DNA of 63,864 nucleotides, filler included, from Cercozoa sp. M6MM (Eukaryota; Protista; Endomyxa: Ascetosporea): the NCBI GenBank assembly GCA_040357565.1. It is 9 parts of 9 records of this genome, joined end to end, with 100 filler letters (N's around TTAATTAATTAA, not from the genome) between each part and the next. Parts side by side here need not be neighbours in the genome. Positions count along the whole stretch, not along the records: positions 23,863 to 27,581 come from JBDODJ010001339.1; positions 27,682 to 52,172 come from JBDODJ010000157.1; 7 more parts are not named here. One strand, written 5' to 3'. The notes below the pieces were generated by a model. It was not told the DNA's origin. It searched no databases and worked only from the letters and a program-made list of their open reading frames with translations. The translations under genes were made by a program, and so were the position numbers. Numbering within the stretch: the first letter of the stretch is position 1; every line of letters begins with the position of its first letter. Shown one piece after another: positions 24,297 to 36,287 of this stretch.

Positions 24297-24758
24297 TTAT
24301 CCAAAAACAGCTTTACAAGCCAACGCGCCAACGGCAAGTATTAGGGCAACCTGAACGGCAGCATCCCCCAACGCACTGAGGCCTAAATTTCAAGACGGGT
24401 GTTGTTTTGACAGCCGAGAGTCACGGAATTCAAACCGACCTTTTTCAATTCCAGTGTCGAAGTTGCGCAGGCCTGCACAGACACAGACAGTGACCAAAAG
24501 ACAGATTGAGACTGCTCCTCTCAGATGTAAATCACACCTCGTTCAACTCCAGTTTCAAAGTTACTCAAGCCTGCACAGACACAGTGGCGCAAATTGGGAC
24601 TGCCCTCAGATGTAAACCCCACCTTTTTCAAGGCCCGTGCCGCGCACAGGAGCGGACTGGATGAGAGCGGAGCCGACATCGCTGCCAGCGGCCCTCAGCC
24701 CATTCTCCGCGAATGTGGCCGCAAACGTCGCGGCCGGCTTTGGCGGTGCAGATACCAT
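24297..24758 (-). CDS. Small 95-aa protein with 11-mer repeats and a C-terminal hydrophobic anchor (4 exons, two of them 33-nt microexons)
   Basis: Exons 24758-24623, 24570-24538, 24472-24440 and 24382-24297 with three phase-1 GT-AG introns. Product: MVSAPPKPAATFAATFAENGLRAAGSDVGSALIQSAPVRGTGLEKGLSNFETGVERGLRNFDTGIEKGLSALGDAAVQVALILAVGALACKAVFG*. Confidence 0.75.
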
Positions 24759-25274
24759 CGCTGTTTCGCGGGAAACACGAGAAAATGAAATGGATTCAGC
24801 GCTGTTCGGACTGCGAGCCAAGGTCCAGAGACACTTCTGAGAGATTTTTACCGTTCTGAGTGCCGATTCACTGCCGACGCGGCCGAAAGGATCGAAAAAA
24901 GTGAAGCGGGTGCTGTGACGCGTGAGAGCCGAAGTGTCGTACAAACACGAACAAAATCAACTACATCGGTGCTTCTAACTGACAGCACAGTATCAGTATC
25001 ACCACGGGCTTAGAGGTTTTGCGTTGACCCTTTTTAACGGAGAGTGAATTATCTAAATTTCGGATGCCGTGCGATGCGCTTAGTCTGTCTACGCCTGTCC
25101 TCATGTGAACTAGGGCTCGACACGATCGATCACGCCAAGTCATTCCGTCTGAGTCTCTTGCGCAGCCGGCACCAAGTCGTGCTGTACACCAATCAGAAAC
25201 ACTCAACATGTAGCGCTGTATTTATCTTTACATGCCTATATGTACACATATATATATATATATTTGAATTCCTG

Positions 25275-26089
25275 TCAAATTACTACCTCTTGCAGCAGGT
25301 CCTGCAGCTCGCCCTCGCGGTACATCTCGGTCACAATGTCGCAGCCGCCTACACACACCCTCAGCCTGTGTTGACTGACACAACAAACACGAAGGAAGCA
25401 ACGGACCGACGAACTCGCCCTTGACGTAGAGCTGCGGGAACGTGGGCCACTCACTGCGCACATGCACTAATAAAGAGACACCGTCTTTAAAAGGAATCTC
25501 TCGTGTAACTCACGTGACAGTCTTCAGCGTTTCTCGCAGTTCAACATCCTTTCAACACACAAACACATCAGTTTGATCAACGATACTTTCCATCAATCAG
25601 CGCTACATGCAGATATTAGAAACGAAAAACCTCGAGAACGTTGCGCGCCGAGAAACTGACACCGCAGTTCTTCAAAATTGTGACCACCTGTATACAAATA
25701 TCGATATAAATATACATATATATATATATATATATAGACATGCACATGTATGTCTAAAGTGCCTGTCGCGAGAAACCGCACATGGGCATGTCGGGCGTGC
25801 CCTTCATGTACACGAAAATGTCGTGCGACGACACGTCGTTCTGGAACATGGTCCGGATCGCCTGCTGCACGTCCTCCGGCTGCCCGGCACCAACACACGG
25901 TTTGAGCACACAAGAAACGTACAAGAACACACTGCTGTTGGCTACCTCCTTAACGAAACGGCGCGGCTTGAAATCGTCGTCGCTTTCATCGCTCACGGGC
26001 GGCGTCGTCGAGAAAACGCGCAGCGCGAGCTGCTTCCGCGCGGACGCAACGGCCAAGTGCGCGCCTCGCTGACAGAATCTGCGCATCAT
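25275..26089 (-). CDS. GLRX5: Mitochondrial monothiol glutaredoxin (CGFS)
   Basis: Arg-rich presequence, VYMKGTPDMPMCGFSRQ, WPTFPQLYVKGEFVG, GCDIVTEMYREGEL. Confidence 0.95.
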
Positions 26090-26378
26090 TGTGTGTCAGC
26101 GTGTGTCTGTTGCGAGTAATACAACCTAGAAAGTGCTAGGTCAAGCAACGCGCGCGGTTTGCCGGGATTCTCTTGTTTTGTTTTCAGGCGCAAAAATAAA
26201 AGAAATTCCCAACATCTTGATTCCAGAGTGCCCCAGCAGTGTCGCAGCCGTAACGTGGATTGTTCAGAGTACTGTGGCACACGTGTGCGCTGTTTAACGT
26301 AGCAGACCAGGAGTGAGGTATGTGATGTGGTGTCGTTGTCGTGTGTTTGTGTATTGTGATTGTGATGTGCGTGTAGGC

Positions 26379-26549
26379 ATGCCCCCTGCACGTCGCGTCG
26401 TGGTGGACTTTGGACCGGCGCCACCCGTAGTTCTTTTGTGTGTTGTAGTGCCCTGTGTGTGAGCGTGTTGACTGCAGGGCTACGTGCCAGGTGCCGGTCG
26501 TGGTGCTGTGGGTTTCACCACGCGAACTGATATCGGTACCTCTCTCTCG

Positions 26550-26582
<33 letters not shown>

Positions 26583-27581
26583 TGTTAAGGGGACGTTTTA
26601 ACGGACAGGTCCGGCACGTGCGCCACGTGGTCCGCCGGGAGCGCCAGACGGAGACTCGGCCAGTGCGGCCGCTCGCGCACTCGAGGGCGCCGAGGCCGCG
26701 CAGCTCAACGAGGCCAACTACGACAAGTTCAGTGGCTACGGCGGTGCTCTATTCGCTGCCACGGTAGCCACTTGTGTAGCCACTTGTGTAGCCACTGTGT
26801 AGCCACTGTGTAGCCGGTCATATAGCTATAGCCACCTTGCTGTATAACCTTGCTGTATAGGGTGTCACCGAGGCCGACATGGACGCCGAGGTGAAGTACG
26901 AGAAAGTGCAGCAGCACATCGATGGTATGTCCAACGGTGGGGGGGGGGGTAAACAGGGGGGTAGGGGTAAACAGGGGGGCCAGGGAACACGGGGGGGTAA
27001 ACAGGGGGGTAAACGCTGGCTACAGGCCGGCGCCGGCGACACCGCGAGCGCGCAGCGCAGAAGGAGTGGCGCGAGCAGTCGCAAAAGGCTCCGACGGTAC
27101 AAGTGACCACGTGATCGCCTGAGTGACCACCTGAGTGATCGCCTGAGTGATCGCCTGGGTGACCACGTGACTGACTGGTCCACTTGGCACGTGTGTGTGC
27201 GCAGGTGGACGAACTCTTCTTGGACGAGAAGAAGGAACTCGAGAAAGTGAGTGCCGACGAATGGCTCGCACTGCCGGTACAACAATGTCCCGTCCAGATG
27301 GACCAGTCCATATGCAAGGAGTGGGTCCATATGTACCGGTACATGTGGACAGGAGGCGGGCGATCGCACCGGTGCCAACAAGGAGTACCGACGCGAGTTG
27401 GAGCGGCAGCGCGAGAAGTTCACGCCCATCACGGACTCGCTGATCCGCATGCAGATGACGCAACTCGCCGGCAGTCGCGTCGCCTCCATCGACGCCAACA
27501 CCAAGACGCCCGGTGTGTCCCTTTACCCCCCTGTTTACCCCCCTCTTTACCCCCCTCTTTACCCCCCTCTTTACCCCCCTG
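26379..27581 (+). CDS. PRPF6: Pre-mRNA splicing factor PRP6, N-terminal part, 3' truncated
   Basis: APP|GYVPGAGRGAVGFTTRTDIG, NEANYDKFSGYGGALF, EWLALPEAGD, FTPITDSL (PRP1_N domain). Confidence 0.93.
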
Positions 27582-27681
27582 NNNNNNNNNNNNNNNNNNN
27601 NNNNNNNNNNNNNNNNNNNNNNNNNTTAATTAATTAANNNNNNNNNNNNNNNNNNNNNNNNNNNNNNNNNNNNNNNNNNNN

Positions 27682-29166
27682 GCAGAGGGGTAAAGAGGGC
27701 AAAGGGGCGAGTGAAAAGGGGGAGGGGCAAAGGTGTCAGTACGCAGTCGGCCAGCACTTGCCGCAGCTCGCTCAGTCGGTCAGCTGCCGCCGCGTTCACT
27801 CTGCTGACTGCGTGCCAATCGGGGGGGGGGTAAGGTAGGGGTAAAGGTAGAAGGGACTGACGTGACTGACGTACCTCGCTCTTCAATTCGTTCGTCAGCG
27901 TGCGCGAGTTGTCGCAGTCGCTCACGGGCTCTTTCACATTCAGTCTGTCCATATACGAGTTCAATTGTACCGCCTTCCATGTGGACACTGACACGGACAG
28001 ACAGAGGTACCCTTAAAGAAAGCGAGCGCGAGGCGTACACGTCACCGAGTCGTTGCACGGTGTGTTTGTGCTCCTCGTTGGATCTGTACAATTGCACTGT
28101 ACGTCTGAACAGGCACAGTACAGTGTGGATACGCACGTGTGGTACCCGGAGAACATGGCGCAGTCGGCGCACAGTGAGGTTTCGCACGGCTCACAGTAGT
28201 ACCTGTCCCGGGGAGACACACACATACACACACACACATACACACACACATACATACATACATACAAAGAAGAAAGGAAAGAGACAGGGGGCAACACAGG
28301 ATACCGCAGGGGCAAATTGTGCCGCGCGCAGATGTCGAGGTCGTTGTGCGCACCTGTGCAAGGAAAGTGAAAGCAAGGCCATAGCAAGGTGAGGGCAAGT
28401 ACACACACCTGCGTGCGAGGAGGCGTGCGAAGTGGCCGCAGTATGACTGTTGGCAGAGTGCGCGCGCACGTGCTGCAGTGCCTGCGACAACTCCTGCGCA
28501 CACACGGCAAAGACAACCCGTGCAGAGCACTTTCAAAAGGGAAGGTCACAGACACATATACAGATACCTCGACCATGCGCATGGGCACCAGACGATCGCG
28601 CGATAGTGCTGCACGACAGTGCGGACACTGCTGCCGCCGTTGTAGCCACCTGTACAATTGTACAACACAGGTACACACGGAAAAAACTGTACACCTACAC
28701 ACAGGTGCTACGTTTCCATGCAGGAGCGGCACGCCATCTGCACAAGGCGTGTGTGTCATACAGTACCGCAGTCTCAACAAGATTTAAGGCCAAAGGGCGA
28801 GTGCGCGCATGTACCTTGCCGCAGGAGGGACACAGCACGGGTGACTGTACTCGAGAGTGGCACACCAGGCAGAGCAGCAGATCCTCTAGCTCGTCCTCCT
28901 CTGTGCCAGCATACACACGTAATATACCATCAGTCATTCAAGACGGAAGGGGAGATTGGGTGGATACCACTGGTGTGCCCAATGTCTCGCGCGTTCGCAC
29001 TGACACTGCCGCCGCCGTGGTGCAGGCCGTGGTGACTGTGACTGTGACTGCGGGTTTGACTGTGAGTGCGACTGCGGTGGCCCTGACCAGTGTGACTGCT
29101 GTGAGTGCCACTACTGCTGCTCGGGTTCACATGCAGACGCAGCAGACGCGGCTGGTTGTCCCACAT
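27682..29166 (-). CDS. TRIM37: TRIM37-like RING/B-box/coiled-coil protein, 3' truncated
   Basis: CLVCHSRVQSPVLCPSCGK|MACRSC...WLQRRQQCPHCRAAL (RING) and CARHNLPLRYYCEPCETSLCADCAMF...H..H (B-box), with TRIM37-like spacing. Confidence 0.75.
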
Positions 29167-29483
29167 CGCTGTCAGCACACAAAGACAAACGAAATGAAGA
29201 TGTTTGCGGAACACTCACGCTGCAAGAAGCAAATGGGAACGTTTTTTTAATCGGTCTTGTATTGAATGAAACCTGGACAAGAGGAGGCCAGCAGGCACCG
29301 TTGATTGCGACCCTAATGCGCGTTTAGTGGACTGAACGTTCTGGAAACGTTCTCTGAGGACGACCAAGGAGGGAAAACGAGGCAATCCAGCACCGGCTCA
29401 CCAAAGTTAGTTTCCGGCTCAGCCTCTGGGGGAGAGATCGTCTTATCTGGTGACCCGTGTGTGCGAGCGAGTGTGTGTCGCTC

Positions 29484-31355
29484 ATGCGTTTCGATTATCG
29501 GTTCCGCAACCTGTGCGGCGGCGTGTATGGTGGCGGCGCGGTTCTCTTCCATGGCGATGTGCTTCTCTCGCCGGTCGGCAACCGGTGCCATGTGTCCATT
29601 TTTGTGTCGGGGTGTCCACTCAAGTGTTACGTGTGTGTGTGTACGCAGAGTGACGGTGTTTGACTTGAAGAAGCACTTCTCTCTGACGCTGCCGTTTGAG
29701 GCACGCAAGGATATTAGGTATCTTGGTGTATGCGTGTGTGTATGTATGTGGATATCCTGTTTCTATGTGCATGTACTTCTACAGGAGTATGGCACTGTCG
29801 CCAGACGGACGAGCTCTCATTGTGGTCGACGTCGACGGATACGCCGTTCTAGTCAACATGCTCAAGCGCGGTACTACACTGTATCCGTGCCTCACCCTAT
29901 GAGGGTTGGATGTCTCGGTGTGCAGTTGTGGTGGCGCGTCACAACTTCGGCGGCCGTGTCGGCGCGATCAAGTACTCGCCGGACGGCGAGATCCTCGCCG
30001 TTGCCGTCGATCGACGCGTGGAACTGTAGCTTACCCCCCCCCCCCGGTCTGCACGTGCATAATCACTTGGGTCTTGGTAGTTGGAAAGCGCCGCCACTCG
30101 TGGCGTGTTTCTCTCCCTTCGAACAGGTAGCACTGCTTTGTGCATGTGCTTACCTAGTCATGCGTTTCTTGAGTGAGTGTAGTTGCGAGTGATGGGTGGC
30201 CACTCTGCCCGTGTCACGTGTCTCGACTGGTCGCCGTGTGGACAGGTAGTGTCAGTCCCTGCCACCGCCAACGTGTGTCACACTAAATCGTGTCTGTGTG
30301 GGCAGTGGCTACTAACTGGCGCCAAGGACATGACGGTGCGCGTGCTGTCGCGAACAAGACTCGGCAAGGACGCCTACTCGCCCATCGTGCTGCAGGCGCA
30401 CCGTGACGTTATCAGAGGTGCCTTGCTTTCTCGCGTGGGGACTCTGTGTGCGTGTGTGTATGTACAACTATACCCTCCCCTTCTTCCTTGCCTGAGGTAG
30501 GAGCCTACTGGTCGCACGATGGACAGGCCATTTTCACAGTGACGTTCGATGGCGTCGTGACGCACTGGCGCCTCGTGCCTGACCGTCGCATCCAGCATGC
30601 CGACGGTACCTGTGCCATCTCTTGTGGGCATTATATATATGTATGTATATGTATGTTGTATATGTACACATGTATGTGCAGAGGGCAAGCTGACCCCGCA
30701 GACGGCCTATGTCAAGCTGCACCAGAAGTACTACTGTCGTCAGTCGGGTGCACGTGTCGTATCGACCAACTTTGCACGTCAACTGGGTAGAGTCACTCCT
30801 GACCGCCCCCCCCCCCCTGATACACAGTGTGGTGTATTGCAAGTGTATGTCCTAGGCCTACTCATCGTGGGCTTTTCCAACGGCGTCTTTGGTCTTTGGC
30901 GCCTGCCCGAGTTCGAGGCACTGCACACACTGTCGATTTCGAACCGGCAGGTGTGTTTGCCGCACTCTGTTCGTGTACAGTGTACTACCCGTTTTGTTCT
31001 AGATCACGACATGTGCTGTCAACGACACTGGCGACTGGCTGGCCCTGGGCGTACCTGACTTGACTTGAGCATGGCCACAGCTGTAGACGATGCATAGACA
31101 TGTGTGTATGTTTGACAGAGCGCGCGTCAGGGGCAGTTGCTCGTGTGGGAGTGGCAGTCCGAGACGCACGTGCTCAAGCAGCAGGCGCACCTGGCCGACG
31201 TCAACACTATCGCCTTCTCCCCCAGGTGAGTTTTCTTCCGTGTGTCTGTGGGTTGACTTTGCTATGCCCCTCCTCCTCCGACCTGTGCAGTGGCTCGCTC
31301 ATCGCGACCGGTGGCGATGACGGCAAGGTCAAGCTCTGGAATGCACAGACGGTAC

Positions 31356-31405
<50 letters not shown>

Positions 31406-31415
31406 NNNNNNNNNN

Positions 31416-31466
<51 letters not shown>

Positions 31467-31722
31467 CTCTGTGTCTGCTGTGTCTGCTGTGCATTCCCAG
31501 TGTTGCTGTAGGGTTTCTGCTTCGTGACCTTCTCAGAGCACAAGAGTGCCGTCACCTCGGTTGTCTTCTCTCCGAGGTAATGTTGTTGTTGTTGTGCTCA
31601 ACAAAGCGGACACTGCCTTGGTTCTGTCGTAGCGGCAATGTCGTTCTGTCGGCCAGTTTGGACGGCACAGTGCGTGCCTTTGACTTGGTACCTGTCATGT
31701 CCTTGTGCCCATCCTACGGTAC

Positions 31723-31773
<51 letters not shown>

Positions 31774-31783
31774 NNNNNNNNNN

Positions 31784-31831
<48 letters not shown>

Positions 31832-31838
31832 CTATGTA

Positions 31839-31917
<79 letters not shown>

Positions 31918-34538
31918 GTAGGTGCGATACCGCCACTTCCGCACGCTGGCGGCTCCTGTGCCGACGCAGCTGACGAGTGTCACGGTGGACCCGGCCGGCG
32001 ACGTCGTCGTGGCCGCCGGCAGAGACCCGTTCGAGGCGTATGTGTGGTCTCTCCGCACGGGCCGACTGCTCGAGGTGCTCAAGGGACACAGTGCGCCACT
32101 CACGAGCGTGCATTTCAGCAGCACGAGTGCTCTCGAAGGCGGCGGCGGCTCCGACAATCGCGTATGCACTCCCTCGTATATTGGGTGCCTTGGGTGGCTT
32201 GCATGCTACGAGCACGAGGTGTGTGTGTGTGTGACTGCAGGTTCCGCTGGTGTGCACGGCCTCGTGGGACAAGAGCGTGCGTCTGTACAATGTGTTCCAG
32301 TCGACGGCGCCGCCCGAGCCGCTGCTGCACCGCAGCGAGGTGCTCGATGCTCAGTTCTCGCCCGACGGCGCCACGCTGGCCACGGCGTGCCGCGATGGCT
32401 CGCTCAACTTCTGGAAGGTGACCCTGTTCATGTCTCCTGACTGCTGTACTGTCATGCACTGCACACGCAGGTTGCTGACGGCACGATGCTCTTCTCGATC
32501 GACGGCAGGAGGGACGCTCGCGGTGGCCGCGTTAAAAACAGTGCGCGCAGTGCGGCCAATGCTACTGACACGGTAAGTGTGTGCCCTGTGCAAAGGCTCC
32601 TATTCCCGACATATGTGTGTATGACTGTCGAAACTGACAGGCCTTCTTCGAGTCCGTGTGCTGGAGTGCCGATGGACAGTGCGTGCTGGCCGGTGGTCGG
32701 TACCAACTCGTCCTCTCTCTTTCTCTCTCTCTTCCCCCCTCAACTACTCTGTCCGTGTACCTGTGTATGTGTATGTGTATGTGTCCACACAGTTCGAGGT
32801 GGCTCTGCGTCTATGCCGTGGGCGACCTGTCGCGTCGCGGACAGCTGCTGCAGCGCGTGGCCGTGACCTCTCACCGCTCCATCCAGGGCGTGCAGGAGGA
32901 ACTCAACTCGCGCAACATGACGGTACCAAACATCTTCCTCGCAGTGGGGTCAGTGTACTGAGTGTACTAAATATACCCTCCTCCTCCCGCCTCCCTCTTA
33001 GGACATGGGCACGGCCTTTGACTCAGACGACGAACGCGAACTCGACGCCGAGTTGCACGACGAGGAACAGATCCGTGTGCGTGCTGGTGACACGGAGAGC
33101 GACAGCTGGAAGTCGCTGCCCGGTGCCTCGCGTGGCGTCGACCTCTCGAAGCGCAAGCACGAGCGTCCCGTGCGCAGTCGGTCGGTGCGTTTCTCACCGA
33201 CGGGCCGGCACTTTGCGGCGGCAACGTCGGCGGGCCTGCTGGTGTACTCGCTGGACACGGAGCTCTCCTTCGACCCGCACGACCTGTCCGAGGAGGTGAC
33301 GCCGCAGACAGTGCACAAGCTGCTGCGCAAGGGCGAGACGGCCAAGGCGCTGCTGGTACCGACGATTCTGCCCGCGCTGCATTGTTCATGTGTCTGTGTG
33401 TGTCTGTGTCTGTGTCTGTGTCTGTGTCTGTGTCTGTGTCTGTGTCTTTATGGCTGTGTGACTGTGTGACTGTGTGACTGTGTGCGGCAGGTGGCCTGTC
33501 GTCTGGGCGAGCGGCCGCTGATGGCGCAGTGCGTGGAACACGTGTCACGTGACGACATTGCGCTGGTGGCACGCTCGGTTCCCACGGTCTACCTGGGCAA
33601 GGTGCTCGACACGGTAAGCGATGCACTCGGTGCCAACAGCGCCTCGCTCACTAGCAGCGACGACGATGACCTCACCAACGGCAACAGCAACAACAGCAAC
33701 AGCATCAGCGAGGACGGCGAGGGCGAAGGCGAAGGCGAAGGCGACGACAGCAAGAGCCGACAGAAGCCGCGACGACTCGAGTTTTACCTGCGCTGGCTCA
33801 AGGCGCTCTTTGTGGTACACATGACCAAACTGGCGCAGTGACTCATTAGCGATTGGACTGCTGTGTGCGTGTGTGTGTGTGTGTGTGTGTATGTGTGTGT
33901 GTGTGTGTGCATTTGTTTGTTTGTTTGTTTTTTTGTTTTCGGTAGGCACACGGTCGCTTCCTGGACGACAACCGTGCCAAGATGCAGACACACGTGCGCA
34001 CTGCGCTCAAGCAAGTGCGTCAGCACCATGCCGATCTGGCTCGTGTCGCTCAAAGGTCAGTCAAAGCATATACACGCACCGTAGAAACTATCTGTTAGTG
34101 TATGTACATACGGTGTGTGCTGTCTGCAGGAACATGTTCACGATGCAGCACCTGTTGGAAGCCAGCAAGCACTCCGCCTTGGTCGTTCGTGACCCCGAGA
34201 TGGTATGGCCGGTGTCTCGTCTATATTACTGATTAAACGGGTGTGTGTGTATGTGTGTATGTGTTGCGCAGGAGGAAGAGGAGCAGCGCAAGCGACAGCA
34301 GCAGCGACTGTTGGAGGAACGCGACGAACATTCGCCCATGCAGAGTGATGAGCCTCTCTCGCACGCACTGGTATGTCCTTCCTGTCCTGCTTTATCCTGT
34401 CTGTCTGTCGGTGTACTTCTTCTCTGTGCACAGAACGAGGAAGGTGAGGTGCTGCAGCACGCCAATCAGCGGGTGCGTGAGCGAAAACGCCGCATGCGGC
34501 CCGACCAAGCCGTCAGTTTCCGCTTCCGACGCGATTGA
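29484..34538 (+). CDS. PWP2: Periodic tryptophan protein 2 (Utp1), WD40 SSU processome subunit
   Basis: MRFDYRFRNLCGGVY, LLSPVGNRVTVFDL, GQLLVWEWQSETHVLKQQ, IATGGDDGKVKLWN, LSASLDGTVRAFDL, RYRHFRT, FSPTGRHFAAAT...FDPHDL. Confidence 0.97.
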
Positions 34539-35000
34539 TTTCGTTCATTAAGTTAGAGCAAGTCAATAATGCGTGCTTTGTCTTCGATCCCAACTGCTCG
34601 GTACTCGCGATTTCGAATAAAACACGCGATGATTCCGAATTACACGAAGCTTCACCTTCTTAGACCCCGTCGACACTTAACGTGATTGGTTTTACTTTCT
34701 CTGCGATGAGCATTCCAAGAAGTGAAACCACAGTATCGCGGTGCCAATCCTCGCCTGTTCGCAAGTGCCGTGAATCTAAAATTTTTCGTCGGACGCAGAG
34801 AGTGTGCGTGTAGCCCCGATTGCATGGTTTCGGGCTTTCGCAAAGCGATGGATGCTAGTGCAAATTCCGCCTGTTTCGGGTCTAGGACGCACAGTAATAT
34901 GACTTATGTCAGTAAATTGCGATATTCTGACCAACTGCAACACATGCATCAGTAAGCTTGTGTCTTGGAGTTGACTTAGAGTGCTCACCTTTTTACGAAA

Positions 35001-36209
35001 ACATGTCCCCTGCGCAGCCAGTGGTTGTGTTTGGTGTGCCGAAGCGCCGTCAGCCAACAGTCCACAATGTCAGTCAGCTTCGCCTCTTGGGTACACTCGA
35101 AAACCCCTGTTACCCGCAGTTGAAAGTTCGTGACTGTGTTGCTTCAGACGCGCGATCGGAGCCATTGGAAGTAGCAAGTCGACTTGCGTGAGAGCAAAGG
35201 TACTGTAAAACTCGACTTGGCCATGCGAGCATCATTGTGCGGCACAGTTGACACTGGACAGTCTATAAACGACGTGTCGGGCTGTCCGACATGCGGTACA
35301 GTCACGCGCAATGACGCCAAGGTGAAGCGAGTCGAATCTGGCACCCTGTCGGGTGTCATGCTAGACGACACAAAGGCACGGCAGAAGCGTGCGGCGCTGG
35401 CCAGCGAGGGCACAAACACTTGCAGCAGTCTGGCCCCGGGTGGATCGTGTGAATGGTCTTGCAACAGCGGTCTCTACGTCGACAAGTGTATATTTCCGTG
35501 TGAATGGTCTTGTGATTACCGTACGAGTGTTTTTAAATGGTCCTGCAACAGCGGTAAAATACTGTAAGTTATCGAGACTGTAAATGTAGTACGGGGTGGC
35601 AGCGCCAAGACCGAATGCACAGCACGTACCATTGATACATAGGCGGTGTATTCTCAATGGAGAGCACCGGAATGTGTGTCTGCAGAGCGAACGCTCGTCG
35701 GCGGGAATGCTGTTTGTACGAAGTTGCCAGTGACGTGGATTGTGATAGCGGCATCATCGTGCTGTATCGTCACCGTTTTGATGTGCTGCTTGTGTGCGTG
35801 GGTCGGTAGCGTGAAGAAGAGGCGCGCTGGTCGAGTTGCCGAGAAAGAGAACAAGCTGCAGGGGCAGGAAGCGCCGAAACAGGAGAAACAGCTGACGCAA
35901 GCGCAGCAGATGCCGACAAAGCTACCATCTCAGCCAAAATTGCAGTACCCGCCTCAACCACAGTACCCACAGCGAAAGCTACCGCAACAAAAGCTATCTC
36001 AACACTACGGAGGAGGCCATATGACTGACGCTACCGAAACGAACCTGAGCCAGGAGACTGGCAGTGGAAACAGTGCAGCCAGTGCCTCAGAGTCAAGCTC
36101 GGACTCCCTCAGTCGTGACAGCGAAGACACTGGCACCAGCAGTGCCTCAGCTTGGACTAGTTCAGGTTCGAGGCTGAATTTACGTCGGTTGCGCGTACGT
36201 CGTCGCTAG
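35001..36209 (+). pseudogene. Cys-rich (PSI/sushi-like) single-pass membrane protein gene with in-frame stops; pseudogene or unresolved splicing
   Basis: CAASGCVWC; CSSLAPGGSCEWSCNSG...GSAKTECT...WRAPECV; TM segment WIVIAASSCCIVTVLMCCLCAWV; PQ/S-rich tail. In-frame TAA at 35565-35567 and TAG at 35640-35642. Confidence 0.45.
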
Positions 36210-36287
36210 TTTTAGTTTCCTTTCAGTTTGCTTCAGACTACAAAGTTTTAAAAAAAAAATCTCGAGCCATCATGCTTTAATTCTGCA

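Noticed and set aside
24430-24632. Repeat-spacer pattern as a CRISPR-like array
   Set aside because: The context is eukaryotic, the repeats are degenerate, no cas genes are present, and exon+intron duplication explains the pattern.
35565-35642. TAA/TAG reassignment (ciliate-type genetic code)
   Set aside because: TAA and TAG terminate conserved genes at expected positions (eIF3h, M3A peptidase, diflavin reductase), and conserved exons contain no in-frame stops.
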